Assembly: GCA_040217195.1 (NCBI GenBank)
Contig: JAVJNR010000001.1
Coordinates: 32,001 to 96,000 of the forward strand
Source: Leptospiraceae bacterium
GTDB taxonomy: Bacteria > Spirochaetota > Leptospiria > Leptospirales > Leptonemataceae
Length of the DNA stretch: 64,000 nt
Direction: 5' to 3'
Shown here: positions 58,952 through 64,000 of the stretch, in pieces
How the letters are laid out: each line of letters begins with the position of its first letter
How positions within the stretch are numbered: the first letter of the stretch is position 1
Position numbers and translations under genes: made by a program
The notes under the pieces: generated by a model
What the model was told of the DNA's origin: nothing
The model's input: only the letters and a program-made list of their open reading frames with translations
Databases searched by the model: none

Positions 58952-59845
58952 CTAGGTTGTGGCGGATGGAGGGTGCTTCAACTGATAGCTCTTCACCATT
59001 CGTCCGAATATTACCACGGCAACGAATCCAGTGGCAAACATGACCAGGCTGTATATAGCAGGGGCCAGGGCCATCTTGGAATTCTTAATAATTTCAGCGG
59101 CGATGGCAATACCCAGGGTTCCATTCTGAAGGCCAGATTCCATGGATATGGAAACACCCATGCGTATATCCTTAAGTAGCAGCCGGGCTGAAAGAAATCC
59201 TAATAGCATGGTGGCGATGTTCAAAGCCAGGGTAGCAGGCCCCAGTGTCCTGAAGGCATCCACGATAATATCTTTTTCCTGAAGGATTGCGCCGGCGACT
59301 ATCAGGATTAAGAGGATGGTGGAGAGTATGCGGACCGGCCGTTCTGCTTTGTGGGAAAGAGATGGCTTGAAGTATCGAAGCAGCATACCAATGGAAATGG
59401 GTAGAATCGTAATTCCTATCACTTTCAGCACTGTTTCAAGAACATCGATTTGTTTTGCCTCGGCTCCCATGAACTCCCCAATGGCAAAATTTACAATCAA
59501 TGGTATGGTCAATACAGCCAGGCAACTGGAAAGTGCAGTGAGCGTGATGGACAGAGCAGTATTCCCGCGAGCCAGGTGTGCAAATAGATTTGAAGTTACC
59601 CCCCCGGGGCAAGCAGCCAGAATCATGATACCCACGGCATGCTCGGGTTCCAGATCAAATGAGGTCGCTATTGCGAAGCCAATAAGGGGCAGCAGAATGA
59701 TCTGATTGGTGAGGCCCAGAAAAACAGGTCCCGGATATTGCAATACTCTCTTAAAATCGTCCAGCACCAGGGTAAGGCCCATGCCGAGCATGATAATGCC
59801 CAGGGCCACCGGTAGGCCCACACTTGTTAAAAAACTCTCTTCCAT
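58952..59845 (-). CDS. Bile acid:sodium symporter family protein
   Basis: IMLGMGLTL, CPGGVTSN, GN.ALS, SMESGLQN. Confidence 0.93.
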   Translation of the reverse strand: MEESFLTSVGLPVALGIIMLGMGLTLVLDDFKRVLQYPGPVFLGLTNQIILLPLIGFAIATSFDLEPEHAVGIMILAACPGGVTSNLFAHLARGNTALSITLTALSSCLAVLTIPLIVNFAIGEFMGAEAKQIDVLETVLKVIGITILPISIGMLLRYFKPSLSHKAERPVRILSTILLILIVAGAILQEKDIIVDAFRTLGPATLALNIATMLLGFLSARLLLKDIRMGVSISMESGLQNGTLGIAIAAEIIKNSKMALAPAIYSLVMFATGFVAVVIFGRMVKSYQLKHPPSATT

Positions 59846-60065
59846 TAGTTTTTCCTTATTTGAATAGTTTTATATTTCAGTTCTGTTTCCGCTCAATTCG
59901 TTTCGGTGCAGATTCCAGACTCTTTATTTGAAATCATTCATGGACTGTGGCAAGCAAAATGTAACGCATTGAAGCCTCAGGCCTGCCTGCAACAGTTGTC
60001 TGCGCGTGTGTAGAATGGGGGATAGGAAGGCCTGGTAGCAAGGAATTACAGGGATGGGAATTAAT

Positions 60066-60090
60066 GAAGAAAGGGCCGGATAACCGGCCC
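60066..60090 (-). terminator. Probable terminator after aroF
   Basis: GGGCCGG-N4-CCGGCCC followed by TTTCTTC on the minus strand. Confidence 0.5.
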
Positions 60091-60136
60091 CTGGAATGCT
60101 CCCACTGGATGTGGAACCTTTGAATATGTCTCGAAA

Positions 60137-61210
60137 TTAGCGAGCCGGAGCCGCTTCATGAGGAGCATAGACCTTCTGATACTTTCGCACTCTCTGGTAG
60201 ATTTCTCGGGCATCCTTGATTAGCTCGGCCAATGTATCTGGAGTAATTGCCTGTTTTGGATCATCTCCGATGCCATGCTTGGGATCCACATGGGATTCAA
60301 TGCATAGACCATCTGCACCGTAAGCCACAGCAGCCAGTGCAGAATGGGGTACATAGATGGATCGGCCCACGGAATGGGAAGGGTCCACTACCACAGGGGC
60401 CCAGGTTTTCTGTTTCAATAAAGGAGTGATGCTTTCATCCGGATGATTTCGGTAGCCGTCCAATCCTGGAACCGTACCCCGGGGGCAGAGCATTACATTC
60501 GGATTGCCAGCTGCCACGATGTATTCTGCCGCACAGATGAATTCACTGATAGGGCCCATATGCATGCTTCGCTTTAGCAATATCAATGTTCCCTTGCCCC
60601 GGGTCATGGAGCCTATCTTCTTGAGTAGAGAGTAATTAAGAGCATTGCGTGCTCCTACCTGTATCATTGGAACACCGGCATCCACGGCAATGGCCAACTG
60701 CTCCTCATCCATTACCTCGGTGTTCACCGGTAGACCTGTTTCCTGAGCAGCCCGGAGTAAAATATCTATCGCTTCATTCGATCCCTGGTAGGTATGAGGA
60801 CTTGTTCTGGGTTTCCAGATACCTCCTCGAATTACATCCGCTCCTGCTTCTTTCACTGCATGTGCTGTTTCCAGAAAGTAGTTTGGATTTCTGGGATCGA
60901 TGGTACATTGTCCGGCCACCACAAGCAAATCTCTGGTTAATACCTTGCCTCCAATACCAAACTCATGATTGTACAGTTCCGACTTAATATCCATAAGTTT
61001 GTAGGCGGACTGGATGGTATCCACCCGGGAAACATAGGACAAACCTTCCAGCCGGTTTATCATCAGCTCATGGCGTTCATCGCCACGAATCGCATAGATG
61101 GTGCGAGTGGTTCCCGGTATGGTACCCAGAGAACAGGAAAATTCGCTAAGAATTTCTTCCACTTCTTTAAACTGTTCTTCGGTGAATCTATCTTCTACGG
61201 GGATAATCAT
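60137..61210 (-). CDS. aroF: DAHP synthase (type I-beta) with N-terminal regulatory domain
   Basis: AGQC, RGG.WKPRTSP..YQG, QVGARN, LLKR, VDPSH, GADGL.IE.H. Confidence 0.9.
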   Translation of the reverse strand: MIIPVEDRFTEEQFKEVEEILSEFSCSLGTIPGTTRTIYAIRGDERHELMINRLEGLSYVSRVDTIQSAYKLMDIKSELYNHEFGIGGKVLTRDLLVVAGQCTIDPRNPNYFLETAHAVKEAGADVIRGGIWKPRTSPHTYQGSNEAIDILLRAAQETGLPVNTEVMDEEQLAIAVDAGVPMIQVGARNALNYSLLKKIGSMTRGKGTLILLKRSMHMGPISEFICAAEYIVAAGNPNVMLCPRGTVPGLDGYRNHPDESITPLLKQKTWAPVVVDPSHSVGRSIYVPHSALAAVAYGADGLCIESHVDPKHGIGDDPKQAITPDTLAELIKDAREIYQRVRKYQKVYAPHEAAPAR

Positions 61211-61344
61211 TTAATACTCCAGGGCCTATCCAATTTCAGGAAAAGGTAACAGTGCCTTCCACGACGACCTTTTTTCCGGTACAGGGGACTTACTCAATTA
61301 TCGAAGACTACAAACTTCTTCTGCAGTCCTTTAACTCTCAGAGC

Positions 61345-62634
61345 TCAGGCAGATGGCAGTGCTTGAGTTCGCTGCGCTGGCAACCCATTTCGATCGCGGT
61401 TTTCGATTCTCTGCATCCATTCAGGGCCGGCCTTCTGGAAGACTCGGAGCTCTCTCTGACTGGCTGCATTTTCAAGATCTGATACCAGGTCCCGGGAATC
61501 ACCAGCGTATCCTTTCCTGGCCAGACGGTAGAAGTAGGTGTCCAGGGAATTCAGGCGATTCTGCATTCCCAGGGCAAAGTACTCATATCCGGTACTTCTA
61601 CAATGAGACTGCAGCCCGGTACCGCCTCCATCGCTTCCCAGCAGCAGTAGATCGTTCTGCGCAGCCGACCCGGCCAGAGCTACGGCCAGACCAGCCAGGT
61701 TGCCCACAGGATTGGATATGCATTGCCAGTCCTTTTGCTGTTCGGCTGGAAAATCCGATTCGTAGAGTACCTCACTTACTGTAAGAGATCTATGATACCT
61801 GGGTCCTGCAGAATAGGTTAACAGTTTGCAATTCTCATCCAGTTGCCCGGGCGGATACTCCGTGGACTGGGAAAAGGCATACTCTGCCTGAAGTAAATGG
61901 TAGCCGGTGGCCGGCGAAGGATCCACAGATAGTACAAAGTCTGGAATTAATCCTTTTGTCAGGCAAAAGCCAAGTGCCGTATCAGAGCAGAGCAGAATAT
62001 AGAGTCTTCTATATTGCCGTAGCCAGGAAAATGGGGCTGATTCCAGGGCAGGGGCTGCACCAATAAATACAAAGGAGCTGTTTTCAGGCATACGAATGAA
62101 GGTATGCATCTCCTTACTGCGAATTCGGAAGTTCCTGGTCCAGACAGGCATCAATTTCTGGACGGTGTTTTCATTTCTGTCCGGCTGAAATGAGGCCTGG
62201 ATTTCTGGAAAATGTCGCTGGTAGGTCGGCAGAATTCGCACTACAAATTGAGAGGGCGGATTCTGCCAGACTGCAGAATCCAGGTAATGGATATCTTTAC
62301 GTTTGAGTAATTCCTCTAACTTTTTTTCAAGACCGACTCTGGAAGAGTTTCGCAGCTCCCTGCAGGGCTCATAGAGATAAACTGTGTGAGACTGGCAGAG
62401 AGAATCCAGAGCCGGTGTATTGGTAAGGAATGCATCAAGGACATATCCCAGTCCCAGTCCACAAAGCAATAGTGAGCCCCGGGGGCGGCTTTCCCTGGAT
62501 CGAGAGGGGGATGCTAATTCTTCAAGCAGGCGATCTATAAATCGATGCGCTTCTTTCAGGGGGGCTCGGCTGGAATGAATACTGTGGCCGGCAATCTTCA
62601 GTTCAGGGCCAACCGGACCGGGAAGAATTTCCAC
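61345..62634 (-). CDS. Second, divergent Maf/DUF115 MptE-like protein
   Basis: IHSSRAPLKEA, GLGLGY, FIGAAPAL, CSDTA, PDFVLSVD, LGSD, SHC...YE. Confidence 0.7.
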   Translation of the reverse strand: MEILPGPVGPELKIAGHSIHSSRAPLKEAHRFIDRLLEELASPSRSRESRPRGSLLLCGLGLGYVLDAFLTNTPALDSLCQSHTVYLYEPCRELRNSSRVGLEKKLEELLKRKDIHYLDSAVWQNPPSQFVVRILPTYQRHFPEIQASFQPDRNENTVQKLMPVWTRNFRIRSKEMHTFIRMPENSSFVFIGAAPALESAPFSWLRQYRRLYILLCSDTALGFCLTKGLIPDFVLSVDPSPATGYHLLQAEYAFSQSTEYPPGQLDENCKLLTYSAGPRYHRSLTVSEVLYESDFPAEQQKDWQCISNPVGNLAGLAVALAGSAAQNDLLLLGSDGGGTGLQSHCRSTGYEYFALGMQNRLNSLDTYFYRLARKGYAGDSRDLVSDLENAASQRELRVFQKAGPEWMQRIENRDRNGLPAQRTQALPSA

Positions 62635-62663
62635 CGGTCCTTGGATCTCAGGAAGAGAAAGAC

Positions 62664-63152
62664 TCAGTCGTCCTCTTCCTCCTCATCGGTGTCGCTATCA
62701 TCACTATCATCGTCATCATCAGAATCGTCCGAATCATCATCATCGTCGTCGTCATCATCATCAGAATCGTCTGAATCCTCGGCATCTTCAGTACCTTCAG
62801 AGAGCACATCCACAGGTTCTGTTTCTCCGATTTCATCCAGATCCTCTTCGGAATCATCGGTGACTGGAGCAGCGCTGGTGAGGATATCCATGGCCTCAAT
62901 GCTGTCTTCATCCTGCAATTCTTCTCTGAGTTGCTGCCTGGCTTCATCGGTGATGAAACTATAACGGATCATGTCTTCAGAAAGGGCCATCATGGCCTGA
63001 ACAGCAGGCTTTCGGTTCTTCCATTTACGGGGAATGTCAAGACGCTCAGCCTGATCAATTACCTCAAAGGCAGCCACTGCGGTGGCGTACTTATCGTTGC
63101 GGGTAATCTCTAGAAGTTTAAATATTTCGAATTCGCGGGGTTCTTTTGCCAT
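62664..63152 (-). CDS. rpoZ: RNA polymerase omega subunit with long acidic tail
   Basis: DKY..AV.A and KPAVQAM.AL omega-like motifs in the first ~70 aa, then an Asp/Glu/Ser tail. Confidence 0.6.
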   Translation of the reverse strand: MAKEPREFEIFKLLEITRNDKYATAVAAFEVIDQAERLDIPRKWKNRKPAVQAMMALSEDMIRYSFITDEARQQLREELQDEDSIEAMDILTSAAPVTDDSEEDLDEIGETEPVDVLSEGTEDAEDSDDSDDDDDDDDDDSDDSDDDDDSDDSDTDEEEEDD

Positions 63153-63358
63153 AGAAAGACCTGAAAGGACGGGCTATGCCATGGGTGGAACGTCCCTTGC
63201 AGGAGTCAACAGGTTTTCCACATAATCCAGCATTTGAAGGGCCTGCAGGGTCTTCAAATGCCCTGGCAGATCCCCGCTACCCTGAACGGGGCAGCGGGGA
63301 TTAAGAGAAATTCCATGCTTATCTTAGAGTTATGGGGACAGGATGGATTGCTTGCGCA

Positions 63359-64000
63359 CTATTCCTGTTCGGAAAGCCAGCGTTCTGCTTCCAGAGCCGC
63401 CATACATCCGGAGCCAGCCGCCGTAACGGCCTGTCTGTATTTCTTATCCTGAACATCGCCCGCGGCATAAACGCCTTCTATGTTGGTCTGGGTGGTTCCA
63501 GGTACTGTTTTGATATAGCCTTCTTCATCCAGGTCAATTTGACCTACGAAAGGATCTGTATTGGGTTTGTGGCCGATGGCAAAAAACAGACCTCCCACAT
63601 CCAGGGTCTTTGAGCTTCCATCCTTCACATTCTTTACCTGAATGGTGCGGATTTGCTTATCATCCCCTTCAGCGGCTTCTATGACACTGTTCCAGAGCAT
63701 TTCCACTTTAGGATGTTCCACCAGTCGTTTGGCCATAATGGCTGAAGCTCTCAGTTCATCTCTTCTATGAACCACATAAACGGTGGAGCCATATTTAGTA
63801 AGATAGGTGGCTTCCTCGGCCGCTGAATCGCCGCCACCGATGACCGCAAGCGGTACATCCCGGAAAATAGGCAATGCGCCATCACATACAGCACAGGCGG
63901 AGATGCCTTTTTGCCAGTAGTTATCCTTACCCGGAATTTCTAGGGTCTTGGCGGTGGCTCCGGTGCTAATAATGACAGATCGTGCCAGAATGGGATCCTT
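63359..64000 (-). CDS. trxB: Thioredoxin reductase, 5' end outside the window
   Basis: IISTGA, GISACAVCDG, VIGGGDSAAEEA, HRRDELRAS, AIGHKPN, AAGDVQD..YRQA. Confidence 0.96.
   Translation of the reverse strand, partial: KDPILARSVIISTGATAKTLEIPGKDNYWQKGISACAVCDGALPIFRDVPLAVIGGGDSAAEEATYLTKYGSTVYVVHRRDELRASAIMAKRLVEHPKVEMLWNSVIEAAEGDDKQIRTIQVKNVKDGSSKTLDVGGLFFAIGHKPNTDPFVGQIDLDEEGYIKTVPGTTQTNIEGVYAAGDVQDKKYRQAVTAAGSGCMAALEAERWLSEQE

Noticed and set aside
61252..61345. Frameshifted continuation of the second Maf-like gene
   Set aside because: Both alternative minus-strand frames hit stops within a few codons of the annotated end
62545..62964. Ser-rich 139-aa plus-strand ORF
   Set aside because: Antisense shadow of the GAT/GAC-rich acidic tail of rpoZ

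Overview
Gene-dense, mostly housekeeping chromosomal segment of a spirochaete, most likely family Leptospiraceae (DUF1554/Len-type lipoprotein, spirochaete-type short SMC and omega subunit, CfpA). I see no rRNA, tRNA, CRISPR array, transposase or prophage gene. Core genes include moeB-like, rsmD, clpP, ftsB, eno, acyP, pdxJ, tsaC-like, yebC, ruvC, ruvA, smc, glpX, a class A PBP, aroF, rpoZ and trxB. The most interesting region is 46.4-58.2 kb. It starts with cytoplasmic filament protein CfpA, followed by a protein whose C-terminal domain looks HPr-like with a His at the His15 position, a degenerate DUF6602-like protein, a vWA membrane protein and a membrane protein with a LysM-like domain and an A10/A_AAA_AAG slippery site. 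It ends with a GAF-GGDEF cyclase and a PPDK homologue whose ATP-binding residues are lost while the phospho-His and PEP domains are intact. I infer a possible PEP-driven, PTS-like phosphorelay plus envelope anchors dedicated to the cytoplasmic filament. Other points: tandem sensor-less sigma54 activators, an ODP-PP2C-TPR fusion downstream of an 8-bp VNTR, two small Cys/His proteins behind a Fur-like palindrome, a CHAT protease, and an omega subunit with a long acidic tail. All family assignments come from motif recognition by eye; no database search was run.
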